DNA of 64,000 nt. Origin: Vicugna vicugna (lineage: Eukaryota). The stretch lies in NCBI GenBank assembly GCA_013265495.1, contig MU061633.1, forward strand, positions 2,220,073 through 2,284,072, written 5' to 3'. The first letter of the stretch is position 1. Every line of letters starts with the position of its first letter. Shown piece after piece: positions 11,396 through 22,393 of this stretch. Under the pieces are notes generated by a model. That model had not been told where the DNA came from. It worked only from the letters and a program-made list of their open reading frames with translations, and made no database searches. Made by a program: the position numbers and the translations under genes.

Positions 11396-12284
11396 TTTAT
11401 CCCCTGTCTTTTCAAAAGACGATCACTTTGCAAAATGCCACAGTTTCACTGAGAATCGAGTTCTCTTTCAGTCCTGGACTGTGAGCACATGCATGATATA
11501 AGTCACTGAAAGATACCCTGGTCTCATGGGTCTATAGTCACCAAAGAGCAAAGCCAATCAATGCTTTTTTATGTGTTTTAATATCCATCATTCTCTTTAA
11601 ACCAGAAAATACCATCAAAGCCACTATTAGTGTTAGTTGAAATCTGAAAAGTAATTAAATGCCACAGCTAACTCGGTGATGAAATAAAGCTCTTATAAGT
11701 TATCTTTCCAAACTCCTCCTACTCCCCTCCACCTCTGCTCCAGAGATTTTTAAAAAATGCGTCTCTCCTCATGCATCATTGAGAACCATACTTTGAATAA
11801 GGCCAGAATACTTAGGTGGTCCCAAGGAGTCTTTTTTGCCTGGTTTCACAAGGTCGATCAAAGGAAGCCTTCACAGTTCCATCACTGAACAATCAATCAA
11901 GTCAAAAACAATCGATCTACTTCAAGCCTGTCACCCACATATTGATTCATCCACTGAGCCCTGTACAAAGACAGTGAAGGTGATGAAAGCCATGATTGCA
12001 CTGAGAAATGAACAGACGAAGGACCCTGTGCAAATGGTTTCTGCCCCCCCCCAATTATCTCGTTATTTTTGTAAATTGATTTTAAGGCTGTTAACACATG
12101 ACTCTCTGTGCACCACAGTATAGTGGAAAGTATTGGGTCAAAATTTTCTTTTAGTGCTTGTTATCTGTGTGAGTATAAACATACCTCTTCACCTCTAGTG
12201 CTTTTATCCCTAAAATAGGCATCACATTGAGCCTGTCCATGGAGAGGCTCACAGGATCATGTGGGAGCCAACGCAGGGCAGTAG

Positions 12285-12840
12285 TTAACAGTAAAAGCCT
12301 TGGAGTCAGATGACCCCGACATGGACCCCAGCTCTGCAGTGTCACTGCTGGCAGACTTTGGGCAATTGACCTAATTTGCTTATATCTTATACAGATTAAA
12401 TAAAGTTGGTATATTGTTGGTAGGTAGGCAGATGGATAGATGTATTTACACATAGGGTATATCATGTAATTTACATTTACAGATATGTGTGGATATAGCA
12501 TATTTTTAAAAAAGAATTCCTAATTGGTAAATGATGAAAAAAATTAGTTAGGAAGATATATCAGGGACTGGGAAACTTTGGAAAAGTGGAGAATTTCCAA
12601 ACTGCATGGTGTTTTATAGATTATCTAGTTTTACTTTCATAATTTCAAAGATGATAAAACTGACTTGTGCAACTGAAAAAAAAAACTTGCTTATATCTTA
12701 CTTTCCTTGCCTATAAATTGTTATGAAAACAGTAACTACCTCATAGGGCCTTTAAAAGTGATAGGATAAAAACTCATAGAGCATTTATTTTAGAGCATGA
12801 TACTTTGAAAATATTCAGTAAAAACTAGCTTTATTATTTC
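12285..12840 (+). mobile_element. MIR SINE in two pieces (about 12285-12400 and 12680-12840)
   Basis: ggagtcagatgacc...gactttgggcaattgacctaat, later aacagtaactacctcatagggcc. Confidence 0.6.
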
Positions 12841-12934
12841 TGCCTCTTGAAATTCTTTTCATTATCTATTTCTTTCCTATGCCTTTCAGTGTTATCTTTT
12901 CCATTTTATTTCACACATGCTGAGCAGCTATACT

Positions 12935-13445
12935 GGATGACCCAGCCACTGCTGGTTACCCACCAAAATCCAAACTCCAGGACTCCCCCAGTTACAAACC
13001 TTCCCAATGTTGGCTGGGTATATGGTTTCCCGACTATAGGTTGAATTTCTGAGTCCTCCCTGTAGATAGATGTGGTGATGGAAGCACCACCCAAATGATG
13101 TAGGAAGTGGTGTTGGTAACTCCTAGCAAGTATCTGTAAGGGAAAGAAGTGCATGCTTTTCTGCCCTCTTCCTCCTTCATAATGTTTTGTGAATATTTCA
13201 GTTAGAACTGAACCATGAGCTTGAAGATGAAGTTGAAAAGCTTGATTGATAAATCAGCAAATGGGACTGAAGTATGGCAGAACAGAAAGATAGGAGGATT
13301 CTGGGCCTATGATCATGGAGTCACCATAGCAGTCCTGGATCTGCTATAAGGATTCATGATGGGAATAGCTGAGAATAAGAAACACAGTCATGTTTTATCA
13401 AAGTTACTGCTAATTGGGGTTGAGGAAAAGCCATATGATCACACT
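12935..13445 (+). mobile_element. MLT1 (MaLR) solo LTR, MLT1J-like
   Basis: atggcagaacagaaagataggaggattctgggcctatgatcatggagtcaccatagcagtcctgga is a typical MLT1J/K segment. Confidence 0.65.
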
Positions 13446-13714
13446 AATAGGTATCAACTTAGCATCATGGAATCAAGTGATTTCCACAGTGCTGGCTGAG
13501 GAAATGCCTGTGGATAATAAATAGCCAGGATGATAATCTATTTGCATGAGTACAATACTTAAGTCCACTGAATGAATAAATTAAAAAAAAATAGAAAAAA
13601 AAGTGAATGACCTTACTCCAGCTCAGTCTATTTCAAAACAATATAATTCAACTTTTCTCCCAAGAGTCTCTGAAGATTAAATGAATATTTTGGCAATATA
13701 GGTTGATTGAAAAA

Positions 13715-13850
13715 AACAGGGTTGAGAATCAAGGGGCCTGGATTCTGCTCTCTTCCTTCTTGCATGAACAATGTGACTTTGAGAATTCATTTTTTCTTAG
13801 CATTAGTTTATTTCTGTGTAGTATGTCCATTATAACATCAACACATGTGT
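13715..13850 (+). mobile_element. MIR SINE fragment
   Basis: gagaatcaaggggcctggattctgctctc...tgtgactttgag. Confidence 0.55.
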
Positions 13851-15837
13851 AGCATGAAAGTTTGTTTATAGGGAAATAAATATGTACTAACTTGAAATTT
13901 TAAAACCTGGAACATTTGTAAGGTATTACTACAACTAGTCCTATTGATGGTTGATGTTGATTCAGAGGTTGCATCGAAAAGAACCACCGTGGGGTATTTC
14001 AGAAACTAAAAATCTGTTGATGTGCCAGTTGGTGGTACATCCTACTGGGATTGAGAATATGCACTTATGCACTTTTGGTTTGCCCTTCACACCTGCCCCC
14101 AACCCAATCCCAGCCCTCTGTGAGGAGACACAAGCCTGCTATTCATCGTAGTCTTTGCATGCCATCAGGAATGTGCTGCTGCTCCAGTCCATTGGAACAG
14201 GCAGTTGGTTGGCAAAGCCATCAGACACCTGTCGAGGCTGAGTCATCCCTATTCACAGGATGTGCCTCACGGCCTGGGTGCGGAGTGTTCAGTTAAGGAT
14301 GAGATCCCCGGCTAGCCCGGCCTGCTGCAGCTGATGCTCTCATTCACTGGCAGCTTTTAGGGGAAACCAGAGAGCCATGGTCTAATTTCACTTGCTCCTC
14401 ATCTTCTCTTTTGACAGATGATGCTCACAGTGGCGTGGTCATGCACATTCGTTCAGGCTCAGGAGCCTTACAAGGAATTATGTTGGGCTTGAAGGAATCA
14501 ACTGTTTCATGGAAATTAAAATAAGTGGTGGTGGCACTGACATGACATCTCCTCAGTTCTCTGACACTGTCTTCCAGCATACCCAGCTTTGCCGACACAA
14601 CCACTTAAGTGAAGGTCTAGGCCATTATAGTGATTCCAGAGCCAGCAGGTTTTGTAGGTTAAATTCATTCCTTAGTCAATAAACTCTTGATCCTCACTGG
14701 CACTTTTGTATTTGTTAAACTAACCCAGGAGAACTGACATTTTTACAGGAACTGACTGGTCATCAGGATTGGGGTTCCTAGGACACTCGAAGCCTGTCTC
14801 CCAATTGGCTCTCCACAGTTTCCATTCAGATGGGGTTTGGGAGCTACAACACACACTGACGGGGAGAGAGAGAGTCTCTCAAATAGTTTCCTACAAGTTT
14901 TACATAACACTGAGAGAGACACATTTCTAAAAATGGCGAATGGCTGATGACCCCCCAAGTCCTTGCTTGACTACTAGCATTGTCTTTTTTCCTCTGAATT
15001 TACTGAAACACAAATAAAAGAGGAATTGAAAAATCAGCTTTGTTTCTAACAAAGGGCAGAGTATGCAGTACGGCTCGGAACACCACACGAAATGGACCTT
15101 TCTTCTCCTTTCCTGCTGAATTAAACTCACCAACCCAGCCACAGATACAGTGGTGGAACGTGCAGGGTGCTCCTCACGGAACAGCAGTCTACACTGGTCA
15201 GCTGACCTCAGGGAGGAGAGCTTTCAGGCCCGCAGGCAAGCAGGTCCCATGGAAGAGACCCAAAAGAAGTCACAGGAGACTCTCTTCAGCCTCTGATTTA
15301 TCTAATGGAGAGCAATACGTCAGAGGGAAAGGGAAAGGCAGATATTCTTGAGTCAATATTTGGGAGAGGTCAGGAGTATGGGTCAGTGAAGCTGTGGAAG
15401 AACAGGGCCCCTTCCCACAGTGCCCGGGGTTAAGCAAAATGGCAGGGATTAGTGAGAAAAGCTTCGGATTTGGAACCAGGTGAAACTGAATTTGAATCTT
15501 AGTACAATCATTTTACTAGGTTTGAAGCAATCTCTGTATCTTTGTGTGCTTAATTTCTTTTTCCCTCTGTAGAACCGAAGGTGCTGAGAATTCAGGGTTT
15601 CCTTCAGAACAGCAGAGTGAGAGGCTGTGTGGTTGAGAGTCCTGGCTCTGGAGTAAGAAGGACCTAACTTGTTTAATTCTGGTTTCAGTGTTTTCTGAGC
15701 ACCAAATTTTACATTTGCAAAATAGAGAATATGTGGGAAGAATTTAAAATATAGTAACTACTAAATAAATAAATGTCACCAAAAAAAACCTGCTGTTTAT
15801 TTTATTAAATCATTGCCAAGTTATGGAGTTTAGAGGA

Positions 15838-16222
15838 TGTGATATTATAATGTATAGTAAGAAATGTGCATTTGGTCTGTCCCATTCTAGCACAGAGCAC
15901 CTAAAACCCTCGAGATTTCTTAAGTGATGAGAGTGATAAGTGTGTCTTTTGTTATGTTAATGAGGTAACTTGGGGAATTACCCCCTAGATCTCCTAAGGA
16001 TAGGGGCTGCTCACCAGAGGAACTGTCAGTCCTATTCCCGTGATCTCTGGGGAGGGGAGAAGGGCTGGGGGTTGAATCAATTTCCAGTGACCAATGATTA
16101 ATCAATCATGCCATGACATGTAATTAAAGCCTCCCTAACATCCCAAAAGGACAGGGTTTGGAGCCCTTCTGGGCTGGTGAACACATGGAGGAGCAGGGAG
16201 AGTGGCACACCCGGAGGAAAGC
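15838..16222 (+). mobile_element. MER21-like LTR, 5' half
   Basis: tgtgatatt start; ggggaggggagaagggctg, ccaatgattaatcaatcatgcc, cccaaaaggacagggtttggag. Confidence 0.85.
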
Positions 16223-16744
16223 GTCATTTCTATAAAGCCATTACCCACTCTGCTGGCCAAGGAAGTCACAGAAACTTGATTAGGTTCAAGTAAGGAACCA
16301 AAGACTCTACTTGAGGCAGTGGCAAAGTTCTAGAAGAGCATGGAAACATTGCTACAACCAGTTTTGGAAAATACACTGTGCCATTTGTGTATATCAGAAG
16401 ATAAGGGCACTGTCATTCTTTCTGTCAGTTGTTCAAGCCAAAAATCAAAATATTATCCTTGTCTGCCTCTTATTTTCACATTCACATTCAATTAATCAGA
16501 AAATCCCGTCAACTCCAAACACATCACAGACCTGAGGTTGTCTTCATCGTTGGGACAACCATCCTAGTTCAAACTGTCATTATCTCCCTCCCTAGATGGC
16601 TTTAGCAGCCTCCTGATTGATCACCTTTCTTCCCTTTCTTGGTTCCTGCATTCCATTCTCCATAAAGCAGCCAGGATTATCATTTCAAGACATGATTCAG
16701 ATCATATCCCTCCCTGCTGACAAAATCTCCAATGACAAAGCGGA

Positions 16745-16865
16745 TCATAGTCTAGAGATAAAGGGAGCAATTCACCAGGAAGATATAAAAATTCTAAATG
16801 TCAATGAATCTAATATCATAAGCACAAAACATGAAAAGCAAACATGGACAAAATTGATTTGACAA
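16745..16865 (+). mobile_element. L1 ORF2 endonuclease-region fragment
   Basis: Translates IKGAIHQEDIKILNVNESN, resembling L1 ORF2 IKGSIHQEDITILNIYAPN. Confidence 0.7.
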
Positions 16866-17074
16866 TTCCATGCTTACGAACGGACATTGTTTCACAGCTC
16901 TCAGTAACTGATAGATCCGGCAGAGGAAAAGTGCCAATGGCATACACCTTAATGGATTACAGGTAGGCTGAGATGCTCATCCCCTTAGCTGGATGGGCTG
17001 CCTCATCTGAATTGCTATGTTTATAAATATTTGTATGCATACCGAAAAAGATTGGGAATCACTGCCTTGGACCA

Positions 17075-17560
17075 CCTCTCAAACAATGACACATACCAGA
17101 ATGTTCATTACAGCACTGTTTTGCGATGGTGAACATTTTGAAATAACCAATCTATCTATTAGCAGTAGAAGGGAAAAAAATTTGTTGCACATCTACACGA
17201 TGGAATACATATGTATATTAGCATGGATACATCTCACAAATATAACACTGAGGAAAAAACCATGCAATATGATACTACGTATGAAGATGTTAAAAATTTG
17301 CCACACCAATACTGTAATTATTCAAGAGTTCATATATATATATGAACTTTAAAATATAAAGAAAAATAAAGACAAGCATGATGAAGAAAGTCACCAAACT
17401 CTGGTTAGGAATGATATATTGGAAGGATGGAAGTAAAGAAGTGAGGAAGAAAATTATAGTAGTGAGATCATGAGGGAAATAAAATGGATTGAGGGATTTT
17501 CAATGTTTCATTTTTTTAAGGAGCAATGGTCCATAGGTTCTTATTATACCATTATTTTTA
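17075..17560 (+). mobile_element. Old L1M ORF2 end and 3' UTR fragment
   Basis: agaatgttcattacagcactgttt (RMFITALF), atggaatac, gcatggatacatctcacaaatataacactgag. Confidence 0.7.
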
Positions 17561-18305
17561 CATAGAAAAAGAAAGCAAAGTTTTAGCTCAAACCTTATAA
17601 AAGCACATACACATACATGCAGCACAACACACACACACCAGCATGCGTGCACACATCCCTAGTGGCTTCCCATCAAACTCTTTCTTCTGGTTTCCAAAGC
17701 ATACATTATATGACCTCTGCCCACCTTTTGGGTCCAATATCGTATCACTCTCCCCATGCCAGCTTATTCAGATTCTCTGCCTTTGAACAAACTTACACTC
17801 CCTGGTAACTCTCTGTCTGATACCTTACCATTTAGAGTTCAGTTTCAATGCCACCCACTCAAACAGCCTCCCTTCAACACCCAAGCTAAAGCAGTCTCTG
17901 CCATTCTCATCACTTCACCCTAGTTTACTTGTCCTCATAGTCTGTATACTTATTGGAAATATTCTACTTATTTGATTGCTTCTTGCCTGAACTACCCTTC
18001 TCTAGAACTTGAGCTCCATATGAGCAGGGACCTTATCTGCTTGTATCCAGTTGCTCTCCAAGTCCTGGAAGAGCTCTCGTCCATTGAAAGCAAACAATAA
18101 ATGAGTGTTGAACTGCTAAATGAATGCAAGTTAGAAGACTACTGGGAAAAAATACAACTTGCTAGTATTAAGTTGTTAGTGTTAGTTTCATATTAAGAAA
18201 ATTGAAATATTATTTTATTTAAAAATTTAAGTTTAAATTCTAATTGACTGCACAGTGAGGTTTAATAAAAGTGGCTTTGCTTCTGTGAACTTTTATATGT
18301 AAATT

Positions 18306-18733
18306 TGTTAAACTAAAGAAAAGATATGCAACATAAGAGCTGTGAGTTACAGTTTTACTCAGGGTCTTACTGAGGACTAGTATGGGAGACAGCCACTTAG
18401 TTACCTCTGAGGAAACTGCTCTGAAGAGGCAGAAGAGAAGCCGGTGTACATACGACTTTTGGCTAGGGAATGCATGCAGTCAAGCATATATCTTGGAAAA
18501 AGATTACTACTAATGACAAAGAACAGACATCTCTAGTTAATGCTTGTGGTGCTTTTCTATGTACAAGAAGATGCAATAATTTGGGTTCATCTTGAGATAC
18601 ACATCTAACCTGTACTCATCCTGTCCCTCACCCTGAGTTCCCGCCAGAGTGGTTGGTCAGTGACTGCAGTGGGTTACAACTTAACCCTAGTAGGACTTGG
18701 GGGGACAGAAATACTCTCTGTTCTTCATTCACA
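18306..18733 (-). mobile_element. ERV1-type solo LTR, same family as 3792-4738 and 3933-4408
   Basis: tgttaaactaaagaaaag...ttcaca; shared ggtcttactgag, gctctgaagagg, atgcagtcaagcata; flanks aatt / catt. Confidence 0.85.
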
Positions 18734-19204
18734 CATTGTAGAAGGCACTCAGCCAGGGCCATCCCAGCCCCAAGATGAGATGTGTGCACTTTGTTCTCTC
18801 ACTGTTGAAAGGTGAGAAACAGTCGTTACAAAACTAGCTGATACTCAGACCATCCACTCACTTTATCTTTTGGGAATATGCCTATGATTACCTATATTTC
18901 TCAGCGCTTAGTAAAGGTAACTTCTATATGAAATATGGACATTTTACCTTCAGGAAGGATTCTATACTGTAAAATGTTTGATCCTTGATCTCTACAAAAG
19001 CACAGATGTACAAGGAGAAAAGAAACACACATTATAACTTTATTGCATTTGCCTGCAAGCCATACTTTCAAATCATCTAGGAATGACAGTTCATTTAATG
19101 CTCAAAACTGTGTTAAAGAGTGGTTTACGATCCTACATGCTGAAAGAATGAGAGCCACTAACTTAATAAATTTTGAGTTAAATAAGTTCTTCCTAAGAGC
19201 TAAC

Positions 19205-19432
19205 CTCAGTCTCTCAAGTCAGTATTACTCAGCCTCTGTGGACAAACTTTGTGGCTTTAGATATGGTTCTTTCTCCCAGCAGCTGTGTACCTTAACCTCT
19301 CTGTGCAAAATGGAGACGATAATGCTAGTATCCACGTAAGACTGTTGTGAAGATGAGAAGAACTACTGTATGTAAAGCACTTAGATCAGTGCCAAGAGCG
19401 TAAGAAATACCACGTAAGTGTCAGCAATAAAC
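19205..19432 (+). mobile_element. MIR SINE, near full length
   Basis: gctgtgtaccttaacctctctgtgcaaaatggag...gtatgtaaagcacttagatcagtgcc. Confidence 0.8.
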
Positions 19433-19544
19433 ATTCTTCTCCTACTGGCTTTAGGATGTTGTCTTTGACCTCTGTGGTAACAAGTAAAGATTGGTTACCT
19501 TCACTCATAGTTTGCACAAGATTCTAAACAACTTGACTAAATCT

Positions 19545-20024
19545 CCCCTGGCTTCCAAGCTGGTGAACTCGTGGAGATTTGGGGAGAGTGGCACTCTCTA
19601 GAAGAACATAGAAGTTCTGTGCCCTTTCCCCAGACCTTGCCCTATGCGTCTCTTCCGCCTGGCTGTTCCTGAGTGATATCCTTTTATAATAAGCCAGCAA
19701 TCTAGTGAGTAAATGGGTTTTCTGAGTTGTGAGCCTCTTTAGCAAATTAATTGAACCCTAGGAGAAGGTTGTGGAAACCTCCGATTTATAGCCAGTTTGT
19801 CAGAAGCAAAAGTAACAGCCTGGACTTGTGACTTGGAGTCTGAAGTAGGGGGCAGTCTTGGAGGACTTAACTCTTAACCTGTGGAATCTGATACTATCTT
19901 CAGATAGTATTAAAATTGAGTTGAATTACAGAACACTCAGCTGGTGTCCTGAGAATTGCTTGCTGGTGGTGTGGGAACCTGCCCCCTGCTACACACACAC
20001 GTTGAAATTAGATCCAAGATACCA
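19545..20024 (+). mobile_element. MER21-like LTR, 3' half
   Basis: ccttgccctatgcgtctcttc, tagcaaattaattgaaccc, gggggcagtcttg, aattgagttgaattacagaacactcagctggtgtc. Confidence 0.85.
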
Positions 20025-20504
20025 AAAAAAACCAGCCTTAGGATATTTCTTTATGATGCCAACAGTGATACTCAAGCAGTAACTGTGATTGCATATTTTG
20101 TGGTAAATAATTCCTTTTATACAAAATGTCCAGTGCACTTTAATTACTTTGACTAGGGCAGCTAAGAGCACTGCAGATCTGGTCCTGAACTGCCCTTCCA
20201 CTTTCTCCCCTTCTCAATTCTTCCCTTATACTCTGTGCAAGTCAGTACTCTTTCCAGACCATGAGAATGCCCCACTAAGGTAGTACTGAGCTGAACTGAA
20301 ATGCCGAAATAATTATATCAGACAGTTGGGTTTTATTATATAAGCCCAATCACTTCTGAGCTCTGAATCTTTACTAAGCCTTCCCTTTAATTCCAAGGCA
20401 TTTTTATCTCTAAAACCACACACGAATGGCAGTTAGAACAGAGAAAGTCCTTATGGCTCTATCCCATTACCATGGATCTGCGAGTTTTTACAGTTTTAAT
20501 TATT

Positions 20505-20870
20505 TACTCACACAATAAGCAGTGAACATTTATTAAGTCCCATCCCTCTGGTGCACCAATTTGGGGGAAAAAAAAAGACTTCTCTCTTCTTAAGGATTTC
20601 AAAATCTAGTGGAAGAGATGCATACATGAAGAGAGAGAGAGAGAGACGACTTCAATGTAGGAAAGTGCCATGGCGGAGACAAACACGGGGAGTTTACACA
20701 GAGTTCAGAGGTTCAGAGGAGGGGCAGCTAATCCAATTTTGGGTTAAAGTGGGATCAAGGTGCTGCAGAATACAGAAAGCTTCTCAGCAGAGCTGACACA
20801 CACATGTTGAACGTCTAGGATGTGGGGAAAAGTAGTCCCTGCCAGCAAAGGTAACATTTCAGATAATGTA
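20505..20870 (-). mobile_element. L2 3' end
   Basis: ttactcacacaataagcagtgaacatttattaagtcc...agagttcagaggttcagaggaggggcagctaatcc. Confidence 0.6.
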
Positions 20871-21844
20871 AGTTACGTCTGAAAAAGCAATTGATTTAGA
20901 GTCTGCAGTAGCTGAGGATTGCTCATTCTATTTCCCTTTTCCAAAAAACAAAACAAACTTATCGTCCCCTGTGGAGAAGTAACATTCTGAAAAGCCATCT
21001 GGTTCAAACGCCTGGATTAACAAATGAACCATGGCGAGTCCCAGAGAAAGAAACTGCTTTGTCATCGGAATGCCCTCACTCAGTTCTTCTGAGCAGAAAC
21101 AACTTAACTTCCTCCAGCAGAAGCCATCCAGAGATGATGTGGCTTCACTTCCTCTCCAGGGATAACTTCCTTCCCAGGAGAAGCCTGGAAGCTCTGTTAA
21201 AAAGTCAACTTGGCCAATGTTTGTGTGTAATCGGGTCATTAAACTTTAGTAACTGGACTCTTATCTTAAACCCATGACCATGCCTCATGCTTAATTTACA
21301 GTGCAGCCGTCCTGATTCAAATTGTTCCTTCCACAAATATTGTCACCTACGATATGCCAGGTGCTCTACTAGGCACAACTGCTACAGTGATAACTAAATT
21401 TTGTTCCCTGCCATTTAGGAAATCAGTCTCTCCTTTATTCCTCTGAGCCCGATACCCTGTCTTAGTCTCCTAGGCAGCTTCTCTACAGTTGGGACTTTTC
21501 CAGGCTCTGCTGAGACCTTCATGAGGCCTCAAAAGCCATGCTAGGATTGTTGTTCCTATGGCTAGATCTCTTTTACTTTCTGCCAGATTTCTGACATTGC
21601 ATTTCACCCATTTATTGATAATCCTCTCTCTAAGCAGTCTGAATTTCCCCTTTTCATATTTATCCCAGAGGACTTGTCTAGCTTCCAAGGCATGGTCTTC
21701 TTTAGATTGTCCCATCATACCACAGACCAATACCTGGTCTTGGGGCTCAAGATTATTGGGTGAATTAATGGAAATTTGAGATTATCATTTAATGTCTATT
21801 TACTGAGCACCTGGTGTATGAATAGGGAAATGTTTGTTACATAC

Positions 21845-21945
21845 TTTGCAAAGTTATTTACTCTCCCTGAACTTCAGTTTCTCCAGACAGATTATTAATG
21901 CCTACCTCTTGGGTTGTTGTAAGAATTAAATGAGATTATACACGT
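21845..21945 (+). mobile_element. MIR SINE fragment
   Basis: ctgaacttcagtttctcc...cctacctcttgggttgttgtaagaattaaatgagat. Confidence 0.75.
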
Positions 21946-22393
21946 CTGTTAGGCCAGGTTTCCTAGAAGCAGAACCTGAGACAGGGATTCATATACAAGT
22001 GATTGATTGATGGAGTGCTCTCATGTAAGGGAATGAGGAAAACAGGATACAGAATGGACAGGGGTTCTATAGAAAGTAGTTTCAGATGAGGGCTAACTTT
22101 AGCCTGATCCTTTGAAGAGACCAAGAGCATAAACCGCACCAGAGAATCTGTCCTGGATTCTGTCCTCAAGTCAGGACTTGATGTAAGTGGTGATGGGGGA
22201 GATCACAGTGCATCATGACCTCAGGATCTCTAAGGAGAAGTGGCTTCAAAGCCCAAGAGGAATCCTCTGGAGGAAGTTTCAACTGAAAGCGATGAGCTGT
22301 GAACATCCACAGCACCTGGGGGAAAGGTACATAATCCAACAGGTAAAAGAGACCCCAGAGGACCTGGGTAGGACACCAACATCATCGGTGATA
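21946..22393 (-). mobile_element. ERVL-class solo LTR (LTR16/LTR33/LTR41 group)
   Basis: gttaggccaggtttcctagaagcagaacctgagacagggatt...gacctgggtaggacaccaacatc. Confidence 0.6.

Larger units (their letters stand above)
16400..18128 (+). mobile_element. L2 3' region split by an L1-derived insert (L2 parts about 16400-16737 and 17655-18128)
   Basis: cattccattctccataaagcagccagg...ctccaatg continues as ccctagtggcttcccatc and ends gagctccatatgagcagggacc...gctaaatgaatg. Confidence 0.7.

Noticed and set aside
14418-14523. Strong plus-strand acceptor (tcttctcttttgacag) as an exon start
   Set aside because: No good donor downstream and the open frame gives no recognisable peptide
14743-14958. 71-aa minus-strand ORF as a coding exon
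   Set aside because: No recognisable homology, no convincing splice sites, includes a (GA)n stretch
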